Source: Patescibacteria group bacterium
Lineage (GTDB): Bacteria > Patescibacteriota > JABMPQ01
Length of the DNA: 64,000 nt
Direction: 5' to 3'
NCBI GenBank assembly: GCA_018818965.1
Contig: JAHJQX010000014.1
Span: 6,178-70,177 of the forward strand
Below are positions 1 through 8,893 of the stretch, piece after piece. The position numbers were made by a program, and so were the translations under genes. Below the pieces are notes generated by a model that made no database searches, was not told the DNA's origin, and worked only from the letters and a program-made list of their open reading frames with translations. Within the stretch, counting starts at the first letter, position 1, and each line of letters starts with the position of its first letter.

Positions 1-71
1 GGGCCTATAGGTAAATGGTATACCATACCCTTCGCATGGGTGAATTCCGAGTTCGATTCTCGGTAGGTCCA
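1..71 (+). tRNA. tRNA-Ala (anticodon CGC), CCA not encoded
   Basis: Cloverleaf: acceptor GGGCCTA/TAGGTCC with G3:U70 Ala identity pair, D-arm GGTA/TACC, anticodon loop TT-CGC-AT, T-arm CCGAG-TTCGATT-CTCGG, discriminator A. Confidence 0.93.
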
Positions 72-111
72 GAGAAGCACATATTACAACACATAATAAT
101 CTTGATTGCAA

Positions 112-127
112 TGTTCCACGTAGAACA
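112..127. promoter_or_regulatory. parS site (one mismatch)
   Basis: TGTTCCACGTAGAACA vs. parS consensus TGTTNCACGTGAAACA. Confidence 0.75.
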
Positions 128-169
128 ATCAGCACTATTCCCCTAGTTTAAAGCATATTTTATTTTAAA

Positions 170-1699
170 ATGTCAAAAATTACCGTAATTTTGAAGAATA
201 ATCTAGATCTAATCTTCTTTTATCTCTTTATTCTTTCTATCCCCCTGGAAAAACGTCATGTTTTTAATTTGAAGGCAGCTACTTGGAATGGTCATTTATT
301 TGAGTGGGGAGCCTTTTCTTTATATCTTTCAGATATATTATTCGCCCTCATCATAATATTTTGGCTGATAAAAGCCTTTATCTCTAAATTACAGGCGACG
401 GAAAGCCAACACCCAGTCCCCCACCAGAAGATCCGAATTAAGGGTTTATTAGCTTTATTATTTGCTTTTGTGGTAGTTGCCTTCTTATCAACGATCCGCA
501 GTGATATTTTATCTATCAGTTTCTATCATTTATTAAAGATATTAGAAGGCTGTTTATTGTTTATCTATATAGTAAAAAATATTTCTACTATTCCTAGTTT
601 TGTTAAATCTGCGGTATGTATAATGGCCGCCGCTTTTTTCCAGGCTGTTTTGGGTATCACACAGTATCTTTTGCAACGTTCCGTTGGTCTTAAAATAATT
701 GGGGAAGTAGATTTAGCACCTAGTATCCAGAATGTAGCTAAAGTCGATGTGTTTGGCACGAAACTAATCAGAGCTTATGGCACTATGCCCCATGCTAATT
801 TGTTGGGAGGTTTTTTGTTTGTTGGACTAGTGTTCACTGTACTTTTTATTTTAATCTTGGCTTTAAATAAAGGAATTAAGGGAAATGTTCCACGTGGAAC
901 ATTTCATAAAGAGATTGATATATTGAAAATGTTCCACGTGGAACATTTTGGTGGTAAAAATTACCTAAACCGAAAAAAGATATTAAAAATATTGATAGTC
1001 GTTTGTTGTCTGCTTTATTTAGGCTTTATTTTATCCTTTTCTCGTTCTGCCTATTTGGCTTTATTGCTGTCCCCATTAATTTTTGTCCCAATTATGTTTT
1101 TATTAGAAAAAAAGTTTTTTAAGCAAATATGGCAAACAACAAAATTGCTTTGGGGCAAATACCGTAAAATATGTGGCGCTCTAATTTTATTTATAATAGT
1201 AGTGACTTTAGCTTTTGCCCCCCATATTTTTTCTAAAACGGGGATAGAGCAAGCAGGGGATTATTCGATAACAAGTAGAATGTGGTATGCTAAATTAGCT
1301 TTGGCGATGATGCGTGATAACCCTGATTTTGGCTCTGGCCCAGGGATGTACACCTTCCAGATTGATAGATATATAAGCTTGGAAGAAGCGATTGAATGGT
1401 GGCAATATCAACCAGTCCATAATGTCCCCTTGTTGATTGGGTCTGAGTTAGGTATAACTTGCCTGTTATTGTTTTTGGTATTTGTTGGTTGGCTTGTCAT
1501 CTTGGCTTTTCTTTCTAGCAAAAGAAAAAAGGACCAAATGAGCAAATTATTATTGTTTGCAAGCCTGGTTAGCTTATTGGGTCTGGTTATAATCATGCAA
1601 TTTGATCATTACTTATGGACTTTACAGCAAGGAAGTTTGTTGTTTTGGCTTATTGCAGGAATGACAGCCACGGCTGCTACTAGACTAAGAAATCTTTAA
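170..1699 (+). CDS. O-antigen ligase (Wzy_C/WaaL-like) family polytopic membrane protein
   Basis: About 12 hydrophobic segments; 'RAYGTMPHANLLGG', 'LSFSRSAY' and 'PVHNVPLLIGSELG' motifs. Confidence 0.8.
   Translation: MSKITVILKNNLDLIFFYLFILSIPLEKRHVFNLKAATWNGHLFEWGAFSLYLSDILFALIIIFWLIKAFISKLQATESQHPVPHQKIRIKGLLALLFAFVVVAFLSTIRSDILSISFYHLLKILEGCLLFIYIVKNISTIPSFVKSAVCIMAAAFFQAVLGITQYLLQRSVGLKIIGEVDLAPSIQNVAKVDVFGTKLIRAYGTMPHANLLGGFLFVGLVFTVLFILILALNKGIKGNVPRGTFHKEIDILKMFHVEHFGGKNYLNRKKILKILIVVCCLLYLGFILSFSRSAYLALLLSPLIFVPIMFLLEKKFFKQIWQTTKLLWGKYRKICGALILFIIVVTLAFAPHIFSKTGIEQAGDYSITSRMWYAKLALAMMRDNPDFGSGPGMYTFQIDRYISLEEAIEWWQYQPVHNVPLLIGSELGITCLLLFLVFVGWLVILAFLSSKRKKDQMSKLLLFASLVSLLGLVIIMQFDHYLWTLQQGSLLFWLIAGMTATAATRLRNL
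886..901. promoter_or_regulatory. parS site, perfect palindrome inside CDS
   Basis: TGTTCCACGTGGAACA; palindrome extends over 882-905. Confidence 0.88.
930..945. promoter_or_regulatory. parS site, perfect palindrome inside CDS
   Basis: TGTTCCACGTGGAACA; palindrome extends over 926-949. Confidence 0.88.
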
Positions 1700-1751
1700 A
1701 ATTAGCGCTAAAATCTATACTTTGGCTGAAAAACAGCTTAATTCACTACTT

Positions 1752-1779
1752 TTATCCACAATTACACAACTTATCCACA
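1752..1779 (+). promoter_or_regulatory. Two perfect DnaA boxes
   Basis: TTATCCACA at 1752-1760 and 1771-1779 in an AT-rich intergenic gap. Confidence 0.7.
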
Positions 1780-1810
1780 AAAAAATACCCCGAATAAGTG
1801 GGGTATTTTT
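1780..1810. terminator. Bidirectional intrinsic terminator
   Basis: AAAAATACCCC-GAATAAGT-GGGGTATTTTT between convergent genes. Confidence 0.75.
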
Positions 1811-1831
1811 ACTGTTGAAACGCCCAAAATA

Positions 1832-2164
1832 CTAGGTTCTCATTAAAAAGTTGATTATTTCCCTAGATAATGGGGTTAAATAATGATATTGGCTTTCGGT
1901 GACAACTAACACTGACAACAACAAGACGAATAAAACCATAAGAACAGTAATCTTTTTTAAGTCTGCTTTAGCACTATAATCTATAGTGGCCGCTTGATCA
2001 CTGCTGGGTTTATTCATTGAAATAGAGGGGAGAGTATAACTTCTCTCCTGAGTGTCCTCTAAGAAGATTTTCCGGTTATCTTCTGGCTGTATCTGTTGCA
2101 ACTCATGTGCTCTTCTTTGTCGGGCTTTCTCCTTTTGTTTACGAGTTCTCTTCTTTTTTGGCAT
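1832..2164 (-). CDS. Hypothetical protein, basic N-terminus and C-terminal TM helix
   Basis: 110-aa ORF, K/R-rich start, one hydrophobic segment. Confidence 0.65.
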   Translation of the reverse strand: MPKKKRTRKQKEKARQRRAHELQQIQPEDNRKIFLEDTQERSYTLPSISMNKPSSDQAATIDYSAKADLKKITVLMVLFVLLLSVLVVTESQYHYLTPLSREIINFLMRT

Positions 2165-2190
2165 AAATTTGGCTTAATTTGGCTAAAAAG

Positions 2191-3327
2191 TTATATTTTG
2201 TTTTCTAGGATAAGTACAATTTTATCCGCTAGTTTATCACCTATTCCCTTGATTTTCTTAATTCCGTCTTTGCCTTCCTGCTGGTAAATTTCGACGATAT
2301 TGGTGGACATTTCGTCTAGAGCCCAGGCTCCCTTGCGGTAAGCCCATTCTCGATATCCGCCTTGACCGCTCAACTGTATTTCCCTGGCTTCTAGATAAAG
2401 ATGAGCAGCCACTTCTTTGTTTTTCCTCAGCTTGGCTGGGTAAAAAGAGACGGGGCGGGGGATATAGGGAATGACTTTATACTTCCGACAATATTTTAAA
2501 ACTAGCTCATGAACTTGCTTAGTGTATTCGTGAAAGCATCTATTGTCATTATAAAGCTCTTTGTATTTTGACACCAGGCCGGAATCATATTTTGCCAGTG
2601 CTTTATAAAAATAAGTACCACAGTAGCCCCATAAGGTTAACCCACCATCTAAGACATATTGACCGCCGGCTTCTTTGGTACTACGAACTACATTTTCGAT
2701 ATCCTCTGCATTATCGTAGATAAAGGGCAATATAGGCATGAAGACAGTGCCAGTGATGATGCCAGTCTGGCTGAGTTTTTTCATGGCGGCGAAGCGAGTA
2801 GCAACTGGCGGGGCTTTCGGTTCAAATATGGAGCGTGTTTTATCATCGCGAGCAGTAATAATCGACCAGCCAATATTGAGATGAGACTTCCGCTTTATTT
2901 TTTTTAGTAAACCTAAGTCTTCCAGGAGTAGGGGAGACTTACAGTTTATAAAAACAGGAAAGCCAAGATCATAGCAAACTTTCAAAAGCTTTTCACCCAT
3001 TCGGTATTTACTGTCTACTGGTTGGTAGCAATCAAGATAGATAAGATCCTTCGACTTCTTGGCTAAGGCCTTGCGTAGTAGTTCAGGAGCGTTAGTTTTG
3101 ATTTTAATGTATTGTGAAAAGGGATCGTCTAGTTGAGCTGCTTTCTCCGCTGGCAGTTTCTTATGTGGGTTGTATTTTTCGTCGCGACAATAGCAGTAAA
3201 CACAGCCCCACTGGCAGCCAATATAAGGGGAGGCAGAATATTTACCCCAAAACCAGCCGCCATCCCCGTGTTTTTGGGTGTTGAGGATAGTTTTAGGCTG
3301 GTAGGGCTGGTAGTTAACCTTCGCCAT
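2191..3327 (-). CDS. Radical SAM protein (SplB/Rv2578c-like) with C-terminal Pol X/Pol-beta N-terminal-like HhH domain
   Basis: 'SPYIGCQWGCVYCY' CxxxCxxC, 'DCYQP', 'FEPKAPP..RF'; C-terminal 'AYRKGA...IKGIGDKLADKI' HhH. Confidence 0.82.
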   Translation of the reverse strand: MAKVNYQPYQPKTILNTQKHGDGGWFWGKYSASPYIGCQWGCVYCYCRDEKYNPHKKLPAEKAAQLDDPFSQYIKIKTNAPELLRKALAKKSKDLIYLDCYQPVDSKYRMGEKLLKVCYDLGFPVFINCKSPLLLEDLGLLKKIKRKSHLNIGWSIITARDDKTRSIFEPKAPPVATRFAAMKKLSQTGIITGTVFMPILPFIYDNAEDIENVVRSTKEAGGQYVLDGGLTLWGYCGTYFYKALAKYDSGLVSKYKELYNDNRCFHEYTKQVHELVLKYCRKYKVIPYIPRPVSFYPAKLRKNKEVAAHLYLEAREIQLSGQGGYREWAYRKGAWALDEMSTNIVEIYQQEGKDGIKKIKGIGDKLADKIVLILENKI

Positions 3328-3955
3328 ATTTTTTTAGCAGCTTATTAGCCTTGTTTTTGATCCCTGCCTGGGAGTGGTTGGAATATTCCTGCGCAATTTT
3401 CACAATTTGCTTTCTAATTTTTGTATCCGCGTTCTCTGCTATTTTCAGAAAACTATCTAAGACAGTATTAGTTTGGTTTGGTATTTTTTTGAGAGTATCT
3501 GCCAAGATCGGGAAAACTTTTTTGGCGTGAACATCTGTTAGAGTGCCTATACAACCTAAATAAAAAATAGTGCGATTAAATAAACAAGCTCCACTGTCAG
3601 CCGCCAAGAACTTTTTTGCTTTAGCTAAGGCTTTTGAGGTAGTAGCGGGATCTAGTTCAGCACAGAGGCCAAGAGTTCTAATAATCATCCAGCGGGTTTG
3701 AGGCTCTGGAGCATCAAGAGCTGGCAGTAGTGACTGTAAATTATTTTTTAGCAGCTGTGAGTCTTGCTCGGCTACCATTTCGATTATTTTGGCCGCTCCG
3801 GCACGCACATTCTTATTATTAGAGACGACTAATTTAATTGCCTCATCTAGTATTTGATTATTCCCGACCAAGACTTTCCTGGCCAAAGACTTACCGAGTA
3901 CAGAGGATAATGTGCCTTTATTTTTTTCAAGTTGTGATAATAGACTTTTTGCCAT
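3314..3955 (-). CDS. HEAT/ARM-repeat protein (start re-assigned to ATG at 3955)
   Basis: Alpha-helical repeats 'NKNVRAGAAKIIE', 'EPQTRWMIIRTLG'; the TTG start at 3997 lies in a hairpin. Confidence 0.7.
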   Translation of the reverse strand: MAKSLLSQLEKNKGTLSSVLGKSLARKVLVGNNQILDEAIKLVVSNNKNVRAGAAKIIEMVAEQDSQLLKNNLQSLLPALDAPEPQTRWMIIRTLGLCAELDPATTSKALAKAKKFLAADSGACLFNRTIFYLGCIGTLTDVHAKKVFPILADTLKKIPNQTNTVLDSFLKIAENADTKIRKQIVKIAQEYSNHSQAGIKNKANKLLKKYGEG

Positions 3956-3979
3956 AGCAGTTTTGTTAAAATATAAAAT

Positions 3980-4007
3980 TGCAGGGACGTCATTCAACGT
4001 CCCTGCA
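3980..4007. terminator. Stem-loop between mini-ORF and HEAT gene
   Basis: TGCAGGGACGT-CATTCA-ACGTCCCTGCA perfect 11-bp stem. Confidence 0.6.
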
Positions 4008-4023
4008 TGATCAATAGCTACTG

Positions 4024-4173
4024 TTACTTGCTGTCTTCCTCTTTCGGCTCAAAGCTCTTTGTCGGACACTGGTCGGTATCCAGTTCAGCATCTACTTCGT
4101 GGCCAAAGCAATCACCTTTAGCCGCATCTTCTTCTTTGGTTTTGAAGAATTTGCAGTCTTTGCATTTTGGCAT
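4024..4173 (-). CDS. 49-aa four-Cys mini-protein (not in ORF track)
   Basis: Hand translation MPKCKDCKFFKTKEEDAAKGDCFGHEVDAELDTDQCPTKSFEPKEEDSK; fills the gap between co-oriented genes. Confidence 0.75.
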   Translation of the reverse strand: MPKCKDCKFFKTKEEDAAKGDCFGHEVDAELDTDQCPTKSFEPKEEDSK

Positions 4174-4196
4174 GGTTGTGGGTTAATTATTTTAAA

Positions 4197-4421
4197 TTAG
4201 TCTCTTAATTTATTAAGATGTTTACTAATTACCTCTGGTTTCACCAAAGAAATCCCATCAGAATTTTTGCGCCGCAAAACTAACAGCTTATTCCCAGTTT
4301 TTATTTTTAATTCTTTACGCACATTGGCTGGAATAGCAATCTGTCCTTTGTCGCTAACAGTTACCCAACCATAAAAACCAGATTTATGAGTACAAATTCC
4401 CTTTTTTCTTTTTGCTGGCAT
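4197..4421 (-). CDS. AbrB/MazE/SpoVT-family DNA-binding protein
   Basis: 'VTVSDKGQIAIPANVRKELKIKTG' signature. Confidence 0.88.
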   Translation of the reverse strand: MPAKRKKGICTHKSGFYGWVTVSDKGQIAIPANVRKELKIKTGNKLLVLRRKNSDGISLVKPEVISKHLNKLRD

Positions 4422-4463
4422 GGGTAAAGTAAGAAATACTAGAATAATCTTACCTGAGCTAAA

Positions 4464-5204
4464 TTATTTGTCAAGAGAACTCAGTAAATCTTTAATTATT
4501 TTCTTTTCTTGAGGTGCTAGGTAAGTAATTGCTTTTCTCATTACCGTAGCGGAGATTTTCTGGCCTAGCTTAATCCGCCGCACGAGAAACTTTACTAGCA
4601 GCTTGGGATGATACTTGCCGATCGTCTTCAGCCCCCAGCCGATTCCTTTGGCGACATCAATTTGTTTGTCCTCGAGATGGGGCTCTATTAAGCCCAGAAG
4701 TCTAGTAGTCTTTTCCGATTGATCAATCACTCGTTTGCTAAAGAAATGGATAGCTACTCCAACACTTCTTTTTACCCAATTATTATCGTCTGACAACAAC
4801 TTTTGCAAATAGGGGAGAGTTTGATCGAAGTGATCCACTAGAGCTTGTCCTAAGCTACGTTCGCCGATGATATCACAGACGTACCAAGTGTCACCTTGAA
4901 TAATATATTCCCGACTTTTTGTCATCACCCTTTTCATATCTTGATCCAAGTGGGGAATTAATGCTCGGCTGACAACGACAAATCCGCCCATGGCATTGTA
5001 TTTGATGATGGCGTCAAAAAATGGAAAGTATTTTTGCTTGTTGTCCAAACTGGCTTGGCCGATCAAGCTACCGAGCTTATCTAGTTTAGCAAAAGGGATT
5101 TTATTATCGAGAATTGGTTTGATAACCTGGGAAGCTAAGTTAGGTCTCCCCGTTTCCACTAAATTAATTATTTTTTTCGCAGTTTTGGTGAGGTCAGTGT
5201 TCAT
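4464..5204 (-). CDS. DNA alkylation repair (AlkD-like HEAT) protein
   Basis: 'WYVCD', 'DNNWVKRS', 'VAKGIGWGLKTIGK' motifs. Confidence 0.78.
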   Translation of the reverse strand: MNTDLTKTAKKIINLVETGRPNLASQVIKPILDNKIPFAKLDKLGSLIGQASLDNKQKYFPFFDAIIKYNAMGGFVVVSRALIPHLDQDMKRVMTKSREYIIQGDTWYVCDIIGERSLGQALVDHFDQTLPYLQKLLSDDNNWVKRSVGVAIHFFSKRVIDQSEKTTRLLGLIEPHLEDKQIDVAKGIGWGLKTIGKYHPKLLVKFLVRRIKLGQKISATVMRKAITYLAPQEKKIIKDLLSSLDK

Positions 5205-5342
5205 TTTATAGTTGAGTGTTTATTACGGGATTAATCATAGCGAAGAATACTATTTTTTCCAATATCCTTATTACTTTATTGACGGAGCGGGGAATTTATA
5301 ATAGAGTTAGCAGTATTAGATTAGTAATTAGAGAACAAGCAA

Positions 5343-6374
5343 ATGAATAATTCGTGGGGTAAGTGGAGTTTGTTGTTGGCTATCACACTAGTGGTTACCT
5401 TGGGAACGACTGGCTGTGTGAGTAAAATAAAAGAGGCAGCTAAAAGTGTGAGTGAATCAGTGAGCTCGAAGATGAGCACAATAGACTATCTTAACAAGAT
5501 TGTTGAAGCATCCAAAGCACCTAGTAGCCAGGTAAATGACTGGGCTTACGCGAGCTTTAATAGTCATCTGACTCTCATTGAAAGCACACCTAAAGAATGC
5601 AGCTATACCATGGAGCTTAATGAAATGGCTGACCAGAGTAATTTGCTAGGTGATAAAATATCAGTTGAGGACGAGTCGGTTAAAAACAAAGTCGAACCAA
5701 AATTCAAGGCTTATATAGATTCCTATGAGACTTTGCGGGAAGCGAATAACAAACTGGCCGATTATTGCAACCGGGAAACATACAAAGATGATGATGGCGC
5801 CCAGGTTTCTCCTTTGACCGAGGATGTTAAAAGCAAGATGTCTGATTTCATCACCGAAGATAATGATCTGAACAGCACCATTAAGGAAATCCAGCGGGAC
5901 ACTGATTTGGGGATTGATGAAAATAGTACTGATCCCTATGACGTTATCACTCTAGCCTCTGATGCTCTTACTAACGATATTGAAGATGCCCACGCCGCCT
6001 ATTCTAGTTGGGTTACAGCCAAGGCCGATGGTGGAAATCCAGACGCTTCGACGGTAAAGAGCGCTGAAGATAAGCTTAAGGCCGATATGAAGAAATATAA
6101 AGAAAAAGCTGACAGCGTTAAAGCTGAAGAAGCTGAATCAGTCGGATCGTATTATACATCATACATCAGTGAAGTAGATGACTTCGATGTCGAATATGAG
6201 AAGTTTGTTCGGGACGTGGAAAGCGGGGAGCTAACGACAGCCAAGGCCAACGAATTAATTGAAGAAGATCAGACGGGAATAACTGGCAGTGCGGTCTATG
6301 GTGCCTATAGTGATGTAATCGAAGCCCACAATAATATCGTGGATGCTGTTGAACGTTATAATCTGTATAGCTAA
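5343..6374 (+). CDS. Lipoprotein, YiiG/DUF3829-like helical bundle
   Basis: Signal peptide with lipobox 'TTGC'; 'LADYCNRETYKDDDGA' resembles YiiG motif. Confidence 0.6.
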   Translation: MNNSWGKWSLLLAITLVVTLGTTGCVSKIKEAAKSVSESVSSKMSTIDYLNKIVEASKAPSSQVNDWAYASFNSHLTLIESTPKECSYTMELNEMADQSNLLGDKISVEDESVKNKVEPKFKAYIDSYETLREANNKLADYCNRETYKDDDGAQVSPLTEDVKSKMSDFITEDNDLNSTIKEIQRDTDLGIDENSTDPYDVITLASDALTNDIEDAHAAYSSWVTAKADGGNPDASTVKSAEDKLKADMKKYKEKADSVKAEEAESVGSYYTSYISEVDDFDVEYEKFVRDVESGELTTAKANELIEEDQTGITGSAVYGAYSDVIEAHNNIVDAVERYNLYS

Positions 6375-6484
6375 CTTTTTTTCAATCTTGGCGATCAACG
6401 CAGGGTGAACATTTATTCACCCTGTTTGTATATATGTACTATTTTGTGATATAGTTTAAGTGATAAATAAGTAAATCATAAATC

Positions 6485-7294
6485 ATGGAAGGCATTGTCT
6501 CGTTCTTAGTGTTTGTTTTCTTTGTCTGGGGTGGAATTACTTTTTTCTCGCTAATTTTCATGATCAAGCAGATTGATCAGTACGAGAGGGGAGTGAAGTT
6601 TCAGTTTGGTAAGTACCGCAAGATAATGGAACCAGGTTGGCGGATAATAATTCCAATTATCCAATCATACCGCAAAGTAGATATGCGCGTAAAAGCAGTC
6701 GATGTACCTGATCAGGAGGCGATGACCAAAGATAATATCTCAGTCACAATCAACGCCGTTATTTATTACCGGGTGGCTGCTGCCGAGAAAGTTATTCTAG
6801 AGGTGGAGAACTACGAGTATGCTATGAGTCAGTTAGCGCAGACAACAATGCGCAATGCAGTTGGTGAAGTCGAATTAGATTTATTGTTAAGCCAGCGAGA
6901 AGAAGTCTCTAGTCGTATTAAAGGAATAGTGGATGCTGCCACTGACCCCTGGGGTATTAGTGTGCAAGGAGTTGAACTTAAGGATGTGATATTGCCAGGG
7001 GAGATGAAGCGGACGATTGCCAAACAAGCGGAAGCAGAGCGAGAAAAACGTTCGGTGATAATTAAAGCTGAGGGTGAAGTTTTATCAGCCGAAAATATGG
7101 CTAAAGCAGCCAAGATCTTGTCTGGAACAACTGGCGCCCTTCATTTGCGAACGTTACAGACTATAAACGATCTATCCTCTGACCAATCGAATACTATCAT
7201 TTTCGCTGTGCCAGTAGAGATATTGCGAGCTTTCGAAAGAGCGGGAATTGGTTTACAACGAAAAAAGCCGGGTTCACCCGAGCAATCCGCTTAA
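6485..7294 (+). CDS. SPFH/stomatin (slipin) family protein
   Basis: 'TKDNISVTINAV', 'LAQTTMRNAVG', 'KQAEAEREKR', 'LHLRTLQT'. Confidence 0.93.
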   Translation: MEGIVSFLVFVFFVWGGITFFSLIFMIKQIDQYERGVKFQFGKYRKIMEPGWRIIIPIIQSYRKVDMRVKAVDVPDQEAMTKDNISVTINAVIYYRVAAAEKVILEVENYEYAMSQLAQTTMRNAVGEVELDLLLSQREEVSSRIKGIVDAATDPWGISVQGVELKDVILPGEMKRTIAKQAEAEREKRSVIIKAEGEVLSAENMAKAAKILSGTTGALHLRTLQTINDLSSDQSNTIIFAVPVEILRAFERAGIGLQRKKPGSPEQSA

Positions 7295-7320
7295 CCAGTT
7301 AGCAAACTAAAAAAAGCTGG

Positions 7321-8151
7321 TTAAAAATTCCTTTCCTTTCCCACAATAACTTTTAAAAGCTGTTTACCTACTCCTACCTTAATCGGAGGTTGAAGCTTTT
7401 TAGTATAGTCAGCTAGAATGGTGATTTTATCTGGAGAAGTTATCTCTAATTTTTGGGCGGAAATGAAACTAGTATCTTCTTTGGCAGGTTCGCCGGTATC
7501 ATTGTGAGTAATTAAATCCACGAAACCATCTTGCGGACTGACTTTGCCGGCACTAACCCCCGATTTTTTTAATATTTCTTCCCAACCAGCCGGGGAGTTG
7601 CAAATAGCTATTCTCTGAGCAGAAGTTTTGACAGTAAAATCCCGCACTTTAATGGTTACAGTCGGTCTTTTTTTCTGACGGCTGAAAATATTTCTCAGCT
7701 TCCCTACACTGCTGCCTAAGCGTTTGCAAGTGATATTGAGAGAATTAATAAAACAAGTACCCTCGTTAGCATAGCCAATGTCGATCTTTTCTAGTTTACG
7801 GCGGGAAATAGCCAGACAAGCTTTTTCAATATCGTGAGACATGCCTAAAGTACCAGCGATATAGGAGGGGTCAAAAGGGATCAGGCCAAAGACAGTTTTT
7901 TTGCTGCTGGCATTACTTTTGAGGATAGCATTGATAGTGTAGTGGGCAGTGGCATCGTCACCGACAGCAATAATATTATAATGTCGCCCGCTGCTCAAGG
8001 CACCATCGACCGCATTTTCGATTGTGGTAGTAGTACTAATTTCTGCCTTATCATTGAGAATACCAAGCTCATTTAGTTTAGTCTGCATTTGACCAAATTT
8101 CTTGGTGTTCTTTTTGCTGCCTACCAACTTATCGTAGACGTAAAAAAACAT
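7321..8151 (-). CDS. Diacylglycerol-kinase-like protein (degenerate)
   Basis: 'IAVGDDAT' (cf. GGDGT), 'GLIP', 'IAGTLG', 'IDIG', 'PQDGFVD'. Confidence 0.65.
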   Translation of the reverse strand: MFFYVYDKLVGSKKNTKKFGQMQTKLNELGILNDKAEISTTTTIENAVDGALSSGRHYNIIAVGDDATAHYTINAILKSNASSKKTVFGLIPFDPSYIAGTLGMSHDIEKACLAISRRKLEKIDIGYANEGTCFINSLNITCKRLGSSVGKLRNIFSRQKKRPTVTIKVRDFTVKTSAQRIAICNSPAGWEEILKKSGVSAGKVSPQDGFVDLITHNDTGEPAKEDTSFISAQKLEITSPDKITILADYTKKLQPPIKVGVGKQLLKVIVGKERNF

Positions 8152-8169
8152 GATGGTTGGCTAAGCGCT

Positions 8170-8616
8170 CTATCCTTGTTTAGGAGGAGTGGTTGATTCA
8201 GGAGTTGGCTTTTCTTTTGGTTTGCTGGTAGTGGTTGGGCTTTGTGGTTGATCACCATTGATCATATTGCACTGCCCAGAAAAACTAGCGCCGGTGGCGA
8301 TAGATAAGATTTTAGCGGCGATGTCGCCAGATATTTTTCCACTTTTTTCGACCTTTAATCTTTCAATGGCTTTAACACTTCCCTCAACGGTGCCCGAGAT
8401 AGTAACATTAGTTGCTTCCACATCAGCTTCGATATTAGCACTTTCCTCGATGAAGATATCACCTTTAGTTTGTACTTTACCCGCCACTTGACCGAAAATT
8501 TTCATATTATTTTGTCCGATCAAATCACCCTCTACTCTGACTGAAGCACCGATAATAGTTTCAATGTCTCCCTCTGTTTTTATTGTTTCCATGTCTTCCT
8601 CGTTGTTTTTAAACAT
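8170..8616 (-). CDS. Bactofilin (polymer-forming cytoskeletal protein)
   Basis: 'TIIGASVRVEGDL...ISGTVEGSV...GDI...GASFSGQC' beta-helix repeats. Confidence 0.92.
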   Translation of the reverse strand: MFKNNEEDMETIKTEGDIETIIGASVRVEGDLIGQNNMKIFGQVAGKVQTKGDIFIEESANIEADVEATNVTISGTVEGSVKAIERLKVEKSGKISGDIAAKILSIATGASFSGQCNMINGDQPQSPTTTSKPKEKPTPESTTPPKQG

Positions 8617-8634
8617 TTAATTCAATTAGCTTAT

Positions 8635-8880
8635 TTAATTTGAGCTTTTATTATCCTTTTTATCTTTTTTCTTCTCTGAGCGACGAGTTGATTTATCATT
8701 TTTATCTTTAATCTCTAATACTGGTTTGCCCCGATAAGCGCCGCAACTAGCACAAACATGATGAGGCAATGTTGGCTCCTGACATTGTGGGCAAGTATTG
8801 ATAGCTTTTGGCGATAAAGCATGATGACTGCGTCGTTGGTTGCGGGCTGATCTAGTTGTTTTTTTCTTGGGAACGGCCAT
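8635..8880 (-). CDS. rpmF: 50S ribosomal protein L32
   Basis: 'MAVPKKKTT...RRSHHAL', CxxC...PHHVCxxCGxY. Confidence 0.97.
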   Translation of the reverse strand: MAVPKKKTTRSARNQRRSHHALSPKAINTCPQCQEPTLPHHVCASCGAYRGKPVLEIKDKNDKSTRRSEKKKDKKDNKSSN

Positions 8881-8893
8881 TATTATAAATTAA

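Noticed and set aside
1-170. tRNA-Ala as prophage/island attachment site
   Set aside because: No integrase and no duplicated tRNA 3' end seen in the window
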